Of a DNA stretch of 64,000 nucleotides, positions 1 through 10,244 are shown piece after piece; the stretch's first letter is position 1, and each line of letters opens with the position of its first letter. Made by a program: the position numbers and the translations under genes. The notes beneath the pieces were generated by a model, which saw only the letters and a program-made list of their open reading frames with translations, did no database searches and was not told where the DNA came from. The stretch is from a virus (lineage: Duplodnaviria; Caudoviricetes): the IMG/VR virus record IMGVR_UViG_2974799246_000001, positions 128,001 to 192,000 of that record. One strand, written 5' to 3'.

Positions 1-2862
1 ACCTTGAGGCAATGACCAAGTAGGCAGAGAAGTGTACTCAACCTGCGAACCAGACAGACGAGTAATACGCACCAGATAGTCACCAGATGCAGTACCTTCG
101 GTGATGCTGTCTGCGCCGATGATTTCTACAGTGCTCACGTCATCCGTAGGACCAGTGACAGTGAACTGAACGCTACCAGTCTTCGTTACGCTGCCAACAG
201 TAGCGACAACGTTAAGCTGGAAGGTCAGAGTACCGAAGAAGCCAGTCAGAGCAGCTTTCGTACGGATGCGCCATCCTGTTGTTCCACCAGCAACAATCTC
301 AAAGTAAGTTTGTGCATTAGAGGACAACGTATAGCTAAGTTCGCCGCTTGTACCCTCACGAGTAGAAGAATCAGAGAACGTCAGAGTGCTATGCAGGTCA
401 CGGGTCACAGCCGCAGCGGTACCGTAATCAAACGCAGGCGATGGAGCCAGAGGTTGAACGGACAGCAGACTGATCACGATGATGTTTTTAACCAGCACAG
501 ACTTCTGCGCGTTACGACCATCGTAAGTAGCACGAATCAGAACAGTGGTGTCCTGAGTCACTTCACCTGCCGACAGGATGCCCGTCTGCGCGATGCTTGC
601 GATTGCGCTACCCTGAATGACAGACCACGTTGGCGCAGATACCTGACGCTCTGTACCGTTTGAAAGAATCTCCCACGCTGTAAACTGCGACGTGGTGTTT
701 TCGTTCATCTGGTCAGCACCGCGAACTTCCAGTGAGGTCACAACCGGTGGATTACCAACGATAGTTACGCCCAGAGTCGCAGTCTTAGTGATACCGTTTT
801 CAGTGTACGATGCGTAGATCGTTACGCTGGTATTTGCAATGTCTACTGCACCAGCAACAAGGTTGGAGTTGGTGAACGTTGCATAGTTCGACGGCTGCTG
901 CAAGCGGAACTCGTTAGGAGTAATCGTCGCAGTGTGACCATCAGAGTAAGTAGCCAGCACGGTGTACGGTGTGGTGGTCTTCTCTTGTACGGACGACGGC
1001 CCAACAATCTTGATGCTCGACAGGTCAACAACAGGCACAACGTTCACGATAAGAATATCGAGTGTCGCGCTCTTAGTGATGCCGTTTTCCGTGTACGTTG
1101 CAGACAGCTTCACAGGAATGTCAGAAGACACTTTGCCTGCGTTAACGGTCTTGTTCACGATAGTCACAACATCCAGACGGTCGGCAGTGAAGGTCGTCGG
1201 GTCAATCAGCTTCGTGCTTCCGTCAGAGTAGGTAGCGAGGAACGTATAGTTCGCGCTTTCCTCGCTGCGGATTGTGTTCGCACCCTGGATTGCCAGAGAG
1301 GACAGCACAACAGCTTCTGTCTCTTTCAGAATCGTAACGTTCTTCGTGCCAGTCACTGTCTGGTCGGCAGTGATGTACGTTGCAGTCAACACAATCTGAC
1401 GGTCAGAGACAGTCTCTTTACGAGCCGTGACCACGTTGCCACTGATAGTGGTGTACGTTGTAGGTGCAGCCGTGAAGGAGTTCTGCGTAACCATTTCGGT
1501 ATCGCCGTTCGACCACGTAATACGGAACGTGTATGTCGCGCTCTGCTGAGAAACGATGGTAGAAGCACCAAGCACCTCAAGCTGAGTAATCAACTGCGCT
1601 TTAACCGTCACGTTCTTATTCGCCGTGAAGGTAACGCCGTTGTACACGTAGGTCGCAGTCAGTTTGACGACGGTATCGACAGAGACTTTCTTCGCAGTAC
1701 CCTGCAGGCCAACGAGGTCCAGAGCGTTTGCGTTATCAACCACGAAGTTCGTAGGCATGATAGTCGCAACGTTACCAGACTTGTAGCGAGCAGTGACGGT
1801 GTAGGTCTCTTTCTGTTTGTAGAACAGAGTGCCTGTGCCAACGATTGCGATAGACACCAGCTCATCGTCGATGATGAAGGTATTCTTGATCAGCAAGTTG
1901 TAGGTGGCTGTTACCCAGTTACCGTAAACAGGGTCACGCTTACGTGCAGTCACTTTCAACACAACGTCAGCAGCGAGGTCAGGAGCAGTAACAGTACCGT
2001 CCTGAGAGATAGTCACACCGATAACGTTTTCTTCGATAGACCACTCAACACCGTCAGGCTGGTGCTCGATACGATCAGACCATTCAGCGTCGATGTTCAG
2101 TTTGACGCTACTGTTATCCGACATGTAGCTCGCGTTACCCGGCAGGCTGATACGCAAGTTCATCAGGTGAGGAGATTCCCACTCGACGTTATCAGCAGTA
2201 GGCTTAACCCACTTACCGATGTACTTGTTCGGATTCGTTGGGTCTTGATCAACGATAGCCAGCACGTAGCCTTCTTGCGGTTCGTTAGAGCTTGAGACTT
2301 CAACGAATGCAGTGGCGTTCAGACGAATCATGGTACGAGCATAATCAGGATGATCGTGATTAGTCGGATAACGTGCGTTAGACATGCGCGGGTCAGAGCT
2401 GGACACAGCAACAGTCTCGTCCGAAGAAGCAGGTTCGTCTTTAGTGACGACACTACCCAAACGGTTAGTAGTTGCGTGTGGTACTTCCAGTTCACCTACG
2501 TCAATGCCGAGGTCGCCAGCGTTCTCCACAACAAAGCGGAAGAACTGTTTCTGGCTAAACAACTGCGCGTAGTCATTTACGGTGACCCATGAGCCACGGT
2601 GATTACCATCAGACACGCTACTGGTACGGCGCAGCACATACATATACTGCGGGCTACCAGAGTTGGCATCAATCCAAATCAGGTTGTACGGCTTTTCAGA
2701 AAACGACGGCTCGGTCATAGACACGACAACCTGATGCACTTCCGTTTGATCGTTCGCGTTAGGTCGGAACAAGAAAGTGATTGGGTTACGTGGCGTCAGA
2801 CCGCGAGTGCGAGCCAGGCCGATATACTGTTTAGCAAAGCCGTCGATCGTGGTTACGCTCAT
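1..2862 (-). CDS. Ig-like (Big_2-type) repeat tail/fibre protein, 3' end runs off the window
   Basis: Not in the ORF track because it is truncated. Manual translation from ATG at 2862 (MSVTTIDGFAKQYIGLARTRG...) gives an open frame with ~90-aa beta-rich repeats (e.g. LSSLAIQGANTI...ATYSDGS...SATYTENGITKSATL; SIKIVGPSSVQE...ATYSDGH...ASYTENGITKTATL). Confidence 0.85.
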   Translation of the reverse strand, partial: MSVTTIDGFAKQYIGLARTRGLTPRNPITFLFRPNANDQTEVHQVVVSMTEPSFSEKPYNLIWIDANSGSPQYMYVLRRTSSVSDGNHRGSWVTVNDYAQLFSQKQFFRFVVENAGDLGIDVGELEVPHATTNRLGSVVTKDEPASSDETVAVSSSDPRMSNARYPTNHDHPDYARTMIRLNATAFVEVSSSNEPQEGYVLAIVDQDPTNPNKYIGKWVKPTADNVEWESPHLMNLRISLPGNASYMSDNSSVKLNIDAEWSDRIEHQPDGVEWSIEENVIGVTISQDGTVTAPDLAADVVLKVTARKRDPVYGNWVTATYNLLIKNTFIIDDELVSIAIVGTGTLFYKQKETYTVTARYKSGNVATIMPTNFVVDNANALDLVGLQGTAKKVSVDTVVKLTATYVYNGVTFTANKNVTVKAQLITQLEVLGASTIVSQQSATYTFRITWSNGDTEMVTQNSFTAAPTTYTTISGNVVTARKETVSDRQIVLTATYITADQTVTGTKNVTILKETEAVVLSSLAIQGANTIRSEESANYTFLATYSDGSTKLIDPTTFTADRLDVVTIVNKTVNAGKVSSDIPVKLSATYTENGITKSATLDILIVNVVPVVDLSSIKIVGPSSVQEKTTTPYTVLATYSDGHTATITPNEFRLQQPSNYATFTNSNLVAGAVDIANTSVTIYASYTENGITKTATLGVTIVGNPPVVTSLEVRGADQMNENTTSQFTAWEILSNGTERQVSAPTWSVIQGSAIASIAQTGILSAGEVTQDTTVLIRATYDGRNAQKSVLVKNIIVISLLSVQPLAPSPAFDYGTAAAVTRDLHSTLTFSDSSTREGTSGELSYTLSSNAQTYFEIVAGGTTGWRIRTKAALTGFFGTLTFQLNVVATVGSVTKTGSVQFTVTGPTDDVSTVEIIGADSITEGTASGDYLVRITRLSGSQVEYTSLPTWSLPQG

Positions 2863-2865
2863 TCA

Positions 2866-3492
2866 TTATTCTCCAAGAATGTCGGTCGCAATCAGATGGC
2901 CGTATGATGCTTTCACGTTAGTGTCAGCAATGAACGTAGAACCGTTGTCGCCAACGTCTGCATCCATGTTCACTTTGTCCTGCACGGTCTTCACTTCAAC
3001 CAGCGGCTTCTCTGGGTGCATTTCATCATGCGGCAGAGGAGTACGCTTGTCGGTGTTACGTGGGTCCGTTGTGGACACGAACGTAGGACGACCAACAGCA
3101 GCAGGCTCAGTAGTCAGACGCGCAATACCGTATTCGTCCACAGACGCGTTCGGGATGTTATCGCTACCACTGATATCAGACGGATCGTAATACTGCGGTG
3201 CCCAGAACGAGTTGAAGTTCTTCACTTCTTCCCAGGTATTCTGGAAGCCACCAGCAGGCGTCTTAGACTTACGTGCAAGGAACTTACGATAGTAAATGCT
3301 ATCGCGTACCATGCACAGCCAGACGACGTTCATTGGCAGCACGATGCCTACAGGCTCTTCCTGCGCAATGATGTGCGTACAACTGATGTTGAGTGTCGGG
3401 TTAATCTGACGAACAACTTGCTCTTTAGCAGTGTCGTCCATGAATCCCGTTACAGCCAACAGAGCAGCAGCGATATCGTTCAGTGTAGTCAT
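2866..3492 (-). CDS. virion structural protein, paralogue of the fibre N-terminal domain
   Basis: ORF with AAGGAG SD. Shares P-x-N-x-[VI]W, A[ST]xxxxG and DPR..R.P..H..HP motifs with both neighbours. Confidence 0.65.
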   Translation of the reverse strand: MTTLNDIAAALLAVTGFMDDTAKEQVVRQINPTLNISCTHIIAQEEPVGIVLPMNVVWLCMVRDSIYYRKFLARKSKTPAGGFQNTWEEVKNFNSFWAPQYYDPSDISGSDNIPNASVDEYGIARLTTEPAAVGRPTFVSTTDPRNTDKRTPLPHDEMHPEKPLVEVKTVQDKVNMDADVGDNGSTFIADTNVKASYGHLIATDILGE

Positions 3493-3501
3493 AACCGCTC
3501 C

Positions 3502-4140
3502 TTAATCAGTAGGCTGGCCGAGTTCAGATTCACGCACCTTACGCCATTGAAGCGTAGAGTCTTCAAGCACCATGACCTGATTCACAGCAGGAACCAGCTG
3601 GTCTTTAATCGGTACGTGTTCTTCGCCATAACTACCGTTGATGCTGATCATGGTAGCAGGCTTCTCAGGGTGCGTGTGGTCAAGCGGGTCACGATTGTTA
3701 GTGAGTGTTTCATCACCTTCAATCAGAACGCGAGACTCTGCTTCGGGATAAGACAGATATCCCACACCACGAGTGATTGAAGTCGCAAGTGGTGGCAGCG
3801 CACGGTTGATGATTTGCAGATCGTTCGGGTCATACGTCTGTTCCATCATGGCATCATCATAGAAATACAGCGCAGTCCAAACATCCTGATACGGGTCTGA
3901 ATTGTTCTTGGCAGTACGTTTGAACGCAGTACCATACGTGGACGATTCAGGGTTGTAGTCAATCCAGATCGCATTGATCGGAAGGACCACGAAACGCGGA
4001 ACTGCATACGAGCAGTAGAACAACAGGCCCAACTGCGAACCATCTTTGGGAAGACGGAACATGATTGGGTTTTTGTTCTGCTGGTGGATATTCGTAAGCA
4101 ACTCAACGTTACTGATGAACTGTTCAAGTTTCAGTTCCAT
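3502..4140 (-). CDS. virion structural protein, paralogue of the fibre N-terminal domain
   Basis: ORF with GGAG SD; motifs PINAIWID, ATSITRG, RDPLDHTHPEKP. Confidence 0.65.
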   Translation of the reverse strand: MELKLEQFISNVELLTNIHQQNKNPIMFRLPKDGSQLGLLFYCSYAVPRFVVLPINAIWIDYNPESSTYGTAFKRTAKNNSDPYQDVWTALYFYDDAMMEQTYDPNDLQIINRALPPLATSITRGVGYLSYPEAESRVLIEGDETLTNNRDPLDHTHPEKPATMISINGSYGEEHVPIKDQLVPAVNQVMVLEDSTLQWRKVRESELGQPTD

Positions 4141-4174
4141 TGTGTTCTCCGTTTACCAGAAGCGGTGGTTAAAA

Positions 4175-4870
4175 TTATACAGGGTCACCGGACTTAGGAC
4201 TGGTGGAACCGTATTTAATGCGGAACACATAGTCGAGACTATCGAACGGGAAATCGTTCCTGTACACGACATAATCAAAGCCACCAAGTGATACTTCCGC
4301 TGCGCCTACAAAGTTGAAGTCGTTAAACTCCATGGCGCCATCCCACGAACCAGAGAAGCCCTGTACCGTCTCTTGGAAATACCCATAGAGCAGTCGCTTA
4401 GGCCAGGCCACGTAGAAGAAGCGGTTGTTATCAGAAGTAGATTGGTTCGGTGGGCAAGTGATTTGTTGCGGACTAGTCTCACCCAAAATGGTAGGGAGAG
4501 AACGGAAGAAGGTGTCGTTGTAATCAAGTATCGACAACACTTTATCGTGAACGCCGAAGCGTGGACCGTACTCACCACTGAACGGCACAGACACTCTTAC
4601 TTTGTTTGACGTAGCGTTGAGCGTCGTGCTGACGTTATACGCCTTAGCAACAAGGTCGTGTTCACCAGTATCGAATGGCAAAGTGAAGTCAAAGTAGGCA
4701 GTCGAACCTGACGTCGGCATATCAAGTTTCTTGAGCACCGTACCCGCAGCGTTTTCAATCTGGAGTGTACCACGCAGTGGTGGGTTGTCCATACTTACCA
4801 AGAAGCGGAGCTCCTTGTTACGCAGCGAGAAGCAGTATTCCAAGTTACCTTGAATGGTCAAAGTAAGCAT
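4175..4870 (-). CDS. hypothetical virion (tail-associated) protein
   Basis: 231-aa beta-rich ORF with GAGG SD, between the sheath and fibre genes. Confidence 0.55.
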   Translation of the reverse strand: MLTLTIQGNLEYCFSLRNKELRFLVSMDNPPLRGTLQIENAAGTVLKKLDMPTSGSTAYFDFTLPFDTGEHDLVAKAYNVSTTLNATSNKVRVSVPFSGEYGPRFGVHDKVLSILDYNDTFFRSLPTILGETSPQQITCPPNQSTSDNNRFFYVAWPKRLLYGYFQETVQGFSGSWDGAMEFNDFNFVGAAEVSLGGFDYVVYRNDFPFDSLDYVFRIKYGSTSPKSGDPV

Positions 4871-4886
4871 AGAACCTCACAATACG

Positions 4887-4912
4887 AAAAAAGGAGGACC
4901 GAAGCCCTCCTT
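4887..4912 (-). terminator. intrinsic terminator after sheath gene
   Basis: GGAGGG-CTTCGG-TCCTCC hairpin followed by a T-tract on the minus strand. Confidence 0.75.
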
Positions 4913-4916
4913 AGTG

Positions 4917-6593
4917 TTACAGACTCAGACTTGTGGAGGTACTGCCTGACGGGTTGATGTTGAAGCGATAGATCAGACGCTTGGTAGTGCGCGTCGGGTC
5001 TAACACGATATCCAGAATCAAATCGCCGTTAGCGATAGTCTGGTTCGTGTTGTTGTTCTCATCACACACAACCTGATAGCCTTGAGAGCCAGAGCTACCG
5101 CCACGAAGACCGCGAGCGAGTTTAATCTCCTCGAGGAACTTCTCAACAATACCCTTCAGGTAACCACGAAGGATGTTGTCGTTCGGGTCGAACAGGCCGA
5201 CTTTACAGGTGCGATGACACACCTCAAGCACGTAGCCAACCATACGCTGAATCTGAATCTGCTGGAAGGCAGAGTTCATGTTATACTGCGTACTCGCTTC
5301 CCAAACTGCGTAGCCACCACCAGAGATATCTGGCAGCTTACGGATGTAGTTGACCTGCTCACGGGTCATAGCATCACGGTCGTCCTGATCATACTTCTGC
5401 GCGATAGCGAGGAAGTCGAGAGGGCTAGATGCAGTGATACCTGCAGGTGCGAACCACGTACCGCGGTTGTTGTCAGTGTACGCAAACACAGCACAGATCT
5501 GACCGACACAGGCTGTCCACAGGTAGCGGCCAGTATCTTCATCGAAGATTTTAATGTCAGGCGTATACAGTGCCATGTTGGTGTCGTTCACGTTCAACGT
5601 CTGGCGACGATAGCGAATCGCTTTAGACACAGACTGCTCGGCAGAAGGGATGCCGCAGATAACGAAGCAGTTGATGTGCGCAGCAGCCGCAGCTTTCATA
5701 CCACGGTGGATGATGTAGTCCTGAGTAGGGCTAATCAGCAGAGTCACACGAACTTCTTCTGGATCACCGAAGTAATCCTGATACGCTTGCGCCAGTTGGT
5801 CAGAACCAACAGTATCACCGTCTGAGCCACCTTGGAAGAAGATGAAGTCAGTGGTGAAGAAGTCGATATCAGTCGTGAAATATTCGTTACGGATGAAACG
5901 GAAGTTTGAACTCTCGTTCTCCATAGCGTGATCAACACGATACTGACGGTCGAACTCATCGGCATAGTCAAACAGACTGCACTGATAAGAGTTTACTGGC
6001 GCACTGCCGTTCTGGTAGTTCTCGAACTCGTCGATGTAGAACAGCTTCGTGTTGTACGATTTGCGGTCGTCGAACGGGTCGAGGCCACGTGGCGTAGCAG
6101 GACGAATCTGCAACGACATTGCGTTGTTCCAGTCACCTGGGTTTTCCAGAATGATGTAACCGATGATGTTTTCATTCAGCGGGTCATCAGGCAGGAAGCC
6201 TAGCTGGTCTGGAGAATCTACGCCAACGATATTACCTTCATCGTCAGTGTATGGAGTCAGGCGAAGTACAGGCTGTACAGCCGACGCGTCATCCACAGTC
6301 AGAACACCAACAGCGTACTTCGCGTTTTTAGTCACACGAACGTATTTAAGCTGATTGGTCTGTTTGGCTACAGGCAACGCTAAATATAAGCCGAGGCCAT
6401 ACTTGGGATCTTTTGCACCGAAGATGTTTTTCAAATCATCTTTATTACGCACATCAACACGCTGATTAACAGGACCTCGACGGGCCTGACCAACGATGCC
6501 TACGACGGACGTAGATAAAGACGTTGCACCAACGGAGAGATCCCGTACACCGGTGTAAACACCAGCAGAGGAATGCGTTGAGTTAACGGGCAT
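4917..6593 (-). CDS. contractile tail sheath protein
   Basis: N-terminal SAGVY...GQARRGPVN, WFAPAG motif, C-terminal FDPND...YQVVCDENNNT...NG, typical of myovirus sheath. Confidence 0.9.
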   Translation of the reverse strand: MPVNSTHSSAGVYTGVRDLSVGATSLSTSVVGIVGQARRGPVNQRVDVRNKDDLKNIFGAKDPKYGLGLYLALPVAKQTNQLKYVRVTKNAKYAVGVLTVDDASAVQPVLRLTPYTDDEGNIVGVDSPDQLGFLPDDPLNENIIGYIILENPGDWNNAMSLQIRPATPRGLDPFDDRKSYNTKLFYIDEFENYQNGSAPVNSYQCSLFDYADEFDRQYRVDHAMENESSNFRFIRNEYFTTDIDFFTTDFIFFQGGSDGDTVGSDQLAQAYQDYFGDPEEVRVTLLISPTQDYIIHRGMKAAAAAHINCFVICGIPSAEQSVSKAIRYRRQTLNVNDTNMALYTPDIKIFDEDTGRYLWTACVGQICAVFAYTDNNRGTWFAPAGITASSPLDFLAIAQKYDQDDRDAMTREQVNYIRKLPDISGGGYAVWEASTQYNMNSAFQQIQIQRMVGYVLEVCHRTCKVGLFDPNDNILRGYLKGIVEKFLEEIKLARGLRGGSSGSQGYQVVCDENNNTNQTIANGDLILDIVLDPTRTTKRLIYRFNINPSGSTSTSLSL

Positions 6594-6677
6594 GTTTCGT
6601 CTCCTTATATGACTGTCTGAAATTATTGAATGGACGGCCTAGAACAAGGAGAAGGGTGCTATTTGGGTTAGAAATGC

Positions 6678-6705
6678 AAAAAGGGCAGCCGAAGCCACCC
6701 TTTTT
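6678..6705. terminator. bidirectional-type intrinsic terminator
   Basis: AAAAAGGGCAGCCGAAGCCACCCTTTTT; cUUCGg loop on the minus strand. Confidence 0.8.
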
Positions 6706-6707
6706 GA

Positions 6708-7790
6708 TTAGCAATCACAACCTACTGAGTCAAAATCCAGTTTCAGGCCAGGATAAAGTTGGTTAAACTCCTCCAGAGGCATATTGAAACCAGCAGCACT
6801 AACATGTCCATCACCACCGCGCGAACGTGCAATGAAACGAGCACTACCCGCATGACCTTCAGGATAACCTTTAGAACGGCAGCTAACGTAAACCTTTGTA
6901 GGGTCACGATGGCCCTTACGTACCAGCATCACTGTTTGGAAGTGAGCATAGTTGTCATAGACGTAAGTACCAGTCTCGGATGCAATGCCCTTATCGCAAG
7001 GCACCACTGCATGTTTCACACCAATCAGGTGATTGGGTTCCGAGAAGTAGCTGTTCGTTTCAATCAGACCGCGAATTACTTCGTTGCGTTCTTCGATAGC
7101 GACAAAACCTTGTGCGATGATCTGTTCGATATCACCAGACAGGATAATCTTGTACGCAGCGCGAACGGTAGGAGGCATATCCGTGTAGAAACGACCACAC
7201 TTCTCAACTTCCTTGAACACGTCCTTAACGTAGCCTTCATAGAAAGCGAAAGCACGTTCATTGGTACGAATCCACAGGTCACGGTCAGACACCAGTTGCG
7301 CCATGCGAATGATGTTATCAGTGCAGGCATATTGGTGTTGCTGGAAGTCAGATACGTGCGCCATGTAGGCAAGCAGAGTACCACTACCACCAGCTTTGAA
7401 CGTCAGGTCTAGAGGCGATACACCCAGCGCAGCACATTCTTTGGCGTACAGCTCTGGGTCACGGCAATCATGGTGGTCAAGCACCTTGAAGTTACCGCCG
7501 AAGCGTTTTGTCATGACTGCCATCTGGCGCTCAGTCAGAGAGAAGTCAACAACGACAACGCGCGTGTAGCCTGTTGGGTTTTTAATGAAATCGCCTTTAT
7601 CGTCTTTGATACCTTCGAGACCCTTCATGTCTTCGAACTTAGTACCTTCGGCGTCAACGATATCTCCCTGGTCGTTCGCGTAGACAGCAGGGAAGAAGTG
7701 GAGAGTATCGTTCGGGTACGCAAGTGCTGTAATGGCAGCGGCGAAACTACCATCAGCACATCCTTGATGATAGACAACAAGTGTAGTCAT
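6708..7790 (-). CDS. DHH/DHHA1 family phosphoesterase
   Basis: Motifs YHxxCADG, VVDFS, LDHH, DRDLW and C-terminal GGDGHVSAAG. Confidence 0.85.
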   Translation of the reverse strand: MTTLVVYHQGCADGSFAAAITALAYPNDTLHFFPAVYANDQGDIVDAEGTKFEDMKGLEGIKDDKGDFIKNPTGYTRVVVVDFSLTERQMAVMTKRFGGNFKVLDHHDCRDPELYAKECAALGVSPLDLTFKAGGSGTLLAYMAHVSDFQQHQYACTDNIIRMAQLVSDRDLWIRTNERAFAFYEGYVKDVFKEVEKCGRFYTDMPPTVRAAYKIILSGDIEQIIAQGFVAIEERNEVIRGLIETNSYFSEPNHLIGVKHAVVPCDKGIASETGTYVYDNYAHFQTVMLVRKGHRDPTKVYVSCRSKGYPEGHAGSARFIARSRGGDGHVSAAGFNMPLEEFNQLYPGLKLDFDSVGCDC

Positions 7791-7792
7791 TG

Positions 7793-8653
7793 TTAAACCC
7801 AGTGGTTATTGTGATTTGCTCCAGATTGGACGCTACGCATATGCTCAAGCATTTGGCGCAGGCCCGCCAGCGTCTGTTCTAACGACATGCGGTATTGGTC
7901 AGAGGCAACGTTCTCTCCGTAATGCAGTGAGAGAACGTACAGCGACCATTCTTCGGACTGGCGCAGGCGCTCCATTTTCTTATAGAGGTCTTGACGGCGT
8001 TCACGCGCACGTAACAGACGCTCCATTAAATTAAGTGAATCGTGAGATTTTTTCAGCAACTCGATATGAATCGCGTCGAGTCCCTCATAGTCCAAACGAA
8101 TCACTGCCTCTTTTGCCTTAAGGAACAACTCGCGGCGGCGCTTCTGTTCTTCGGCAGGAAGATTACGGCATTTGTCTGGATGCGTAATACGTGCGATGAT
8201 CTTATAGAGCGCTTTGCACTTCTTACGCAGGAGGGCCTTGGAGATTATCGCGTTAGACGCCTCACGGTCCGCTGCTTCTTCGTTGTCTTCCGTTTCGTGC
8301 TCGGTGTCCTGAACGAAGTTATCATCCATGAGCTTTTTCAGATCTTCTGCATTCGCCTGGTCTTCGAGATCGTCAGAGTCAGCCATCTGCAACATCAAGG
8401 CTTGAATCTGATTGTTAGTGATCTCAATCTCGGCGATGATTGGACGGTGTGTTGCATTGAGTCCGTCCACCAGCTTTGTAACACGTTCGCAGTCTGCGCC
8501 GTAACGCAGTTCAAGCGCGGCAACTTCTTCGAGAATCTCATCGAGAGTTTCGCCTGTCGCTTCTTCAAACTGCTGTACTTCTTCCGCCAGGTCCATGTTT
8601 GGTGGAACTGGTACTGGGAGTTGAGGGATAACCATCAACTGTGTATTTGTCAT
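7793..8653 (-). CDS. J-domain (DnaJ-like) coiled-coil protein
   Basis: KALYKIIARITHPDK (HPD motif in a J-domain helix context) after an acidic coiled coil. Confidence 0.7.
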   Translation of the reverse strand: MTNTQLMVIPQLPVPVPPNMDLAEEVQQFEEATGETLDEILEEVAALELRYGADCERVTKLVDGLNATHRPIIAEIEITNNQIQALMLQMADSDDLEDQANAEDLKKLMDDNFVQDTEHETEDNEEAADREASNAIISKALLRKKCKALYKIIARITHPDKCRNLPAEEQKRRRELFLKAKEAVIRLDYEGLDAIHIELLKKSHDSLNLMERLLRARERRQDLYKKMERLRQSEEWSLYVLSLHYGENVASDQYRMSLEQTLAGLRQMLEHMRSVQSGANHNNHWV

Positions 8654-8844
8654 GGGCGCACAAGCTCCGAAATAGGTTTAGCTACCAGCTCTGCAATGCG
8701 CTGTGGACATTGCGGGTTGCGCTTCAAGTTCTTGTGCAACCACTGCAAGTTGTTACCTGACGTAGACACCTCAGCACGGAAGCTGGGCAGTTTAAGCTCG
8801 TCACGGTGTTTGTTTAACAGCGCATTCAGTTCGTTCAGTAACAT
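8650..8844 (-). CDS. hypothetical protein
   Basis: 64-aa ORF with AAGGA SD, translationally coupled to the next gene. Confidence 0.6.
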   Translation of the reverse strand: MLLNELNALLNKHRDELKLPSFRAEVSTSGNNLQWLHKNLKRNPQCPQRIAELVAKPISELVRP

Positions 8845-8853
8845 CGTTTTTCC

Positions 8854-9474
8854 TTAAAGAGATGAGGTCATTAATTCGAGAACGTTTGATACCACATGCG
8901 CAGGACCGATTGAAATACCAGTGTGCGCCTGCAGGTGAATACGTTTAGTGAATAGCTCTAACGGGTCTGGCCCGCCGCCAGTCACTACGATGCGAGGTAT
9001 CTTCGGGAACATCTCAAGGATATCGCGCAGTCGTTCAATCTTATAACTGGTGCTGTCCATTGTTACGTTTGTCAGCACCAACAACGATGGTCGTTTCTGT
9101 TTGAGTTGTTCGTAGTCGAAACGATCACCATACAACGTTACCCAGCGTGGCTTTAACGCAGTTGCCTCACTATCCTCTACTGCTGCATTGAAGATAGACA
9201 ACGCAGCCATCTTCGCACGATAATCATTTGGGAAACTACTGATCACCGTGATACGCGGGTCAAACGAGAAAGGGTTTTGAATCATCTTCGCAAGATGCGT
9301 AAGCTGTTTGGTCTTACTTACTACCTTACCTTTAAAGTAAGGCGACAGTGGCTTATAGTCCTGTGCGGCTTCGGCCACATCGAACTGTTCACGCTTACCG
9401 AATAATAGCTGTGGGTCAACGCCCAGAGTCTGCATCTGCTTTGCTACAGCAGGTTCAAAGTCAAATGTTAGCAC
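8854..9474 (-). CDS. hypothetical protein, possibly a degenerate DnaC-like/P-loop fold
   Basis: GGAGG SD and upstream CTGTAAATA. Walker-B-like LLVLTN but no intact Walker A. Confidence 0.5.
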   Translation of the reverse strand: MLTFDFEPAVAKQMQTLGVDPQLLFGKREQFDVAEAAQDYKPLSPYFKGKVVSKTKQLTHLAKMIQNPFSFDPRITVISSFPNDYRAKMAALSIFNAAVEDSEATALKPRWVTLYGDRFDYEQLKQKRPSLLVLTNVTMDSTSYKIERLRDILEMFPKIPRIVVTGGGPDPLELFTKRIHLQAHTGISIGPAHVVSNVLELMTSSL

Positions 9475-9502
9475 AATACCCTCCGTTATTCATGTTAGGT
9501 AT

Positions 9503-9856
9503 TTACAGATTCTGTAAGCGCTGCCACACAACGAATTTGACGTTTAGGGCATGTTCTTCACTCTCGGCAGCACGTCGGGGTTCATACTTAGGAGCGTACT
9601 GACGCAGATGGTCCTGACGGACTGCGAGTTGCGCTTCAATTTTGTGGATTGGATTCAGCACTTGACTGTACGAATGGTCTTCGATGATAACAAGGTTATC
9701 AATACGGAGAACACCAGGAACTTCAAACACTGTGGGCAGTACGCCGGGTTTGAATGCTGAACCCATAACTGTCTCATGGTATTCAACAAGCGCTTTAACC
9801 AACAAGCGGCCTGCGGATTGACTCAGTGTAAGATTGTACTCAGTACGGAATTCCAT
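9503..9856 (-). CDS. hypothetical protein
   Basis: ORF with AAGGAG SD. Confidence 0.6.
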   Translation of the reverse strand: MEFRTEYNLTLSQSAGRLLVKALVEYHETVMGSAFKPGVLPTVFEVPGVLRIDNLVIIEDHSYSQVLNPIHKIEAQLAVRQDHLRQYAPKYEPRRAAESEEHALNVKFVVWQRLQNL

Positions 9857-9872
9857 GATGTTCTCCTTGATA

Positions 9873-10244
9873 TTACATCAGTGCCAGTTCAGGGTCGATA
9901 TACGTGTACGAGAACACGACGTTCCAACCAGAAGCAGCATCTTTGTTTTGATGATAGCGGAAGCCGTAGATCATCAGCTTGCCTTTGGTATCAGGCTCAA
10001 GCGTAGACTCATATTCAAGCCAAGCCGCCTCCAGCTTCATCTTCTCGGCAATGTCTTTCGACCAGCCATCGAAGTCATACGGACCTTCTGGAACTTCCCA
10101 GGACAGCGAATGCTTAGGCCAGTGTTCGGCTTGCATGTCAGTGTCTTTGGAAATCCAGTCGAGATGGTTAACGCCCATGTGATATGCAATTGCATGGGCA
10201 TAGCCACGCTCTTTCATGTAGCGTTGCAGTTGATCAAGACGCAT
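9873..10244 (-). CDS. hypothetical protein
   Basis: Start re-assigned to ATG 10244 (MRLDQLQ) behind an AAGGAG SD. Confidence 0.55.
   Translation of the reverse strand: MRLDQLQRYMKERGYAHAIAYHMGVNHLDWISKDTDMQAEHWPKHSLSWEVPEGPYDFDGWSKDIAEKMKLEAAWLEYESTLEPDTKGKLMIYGFRYHQNKDAASGWNVVFSYTYIDPELALM

Noticed and set aside
934-2295. Long plus-strand ORFs (also 19636-20742, 20949-22388, 25161-26183, 14213-15289 and others)
   Set aside because: Antisense shadows of strongly codon-biased minus-strand genes; no SD, atypical composition, no motifs.
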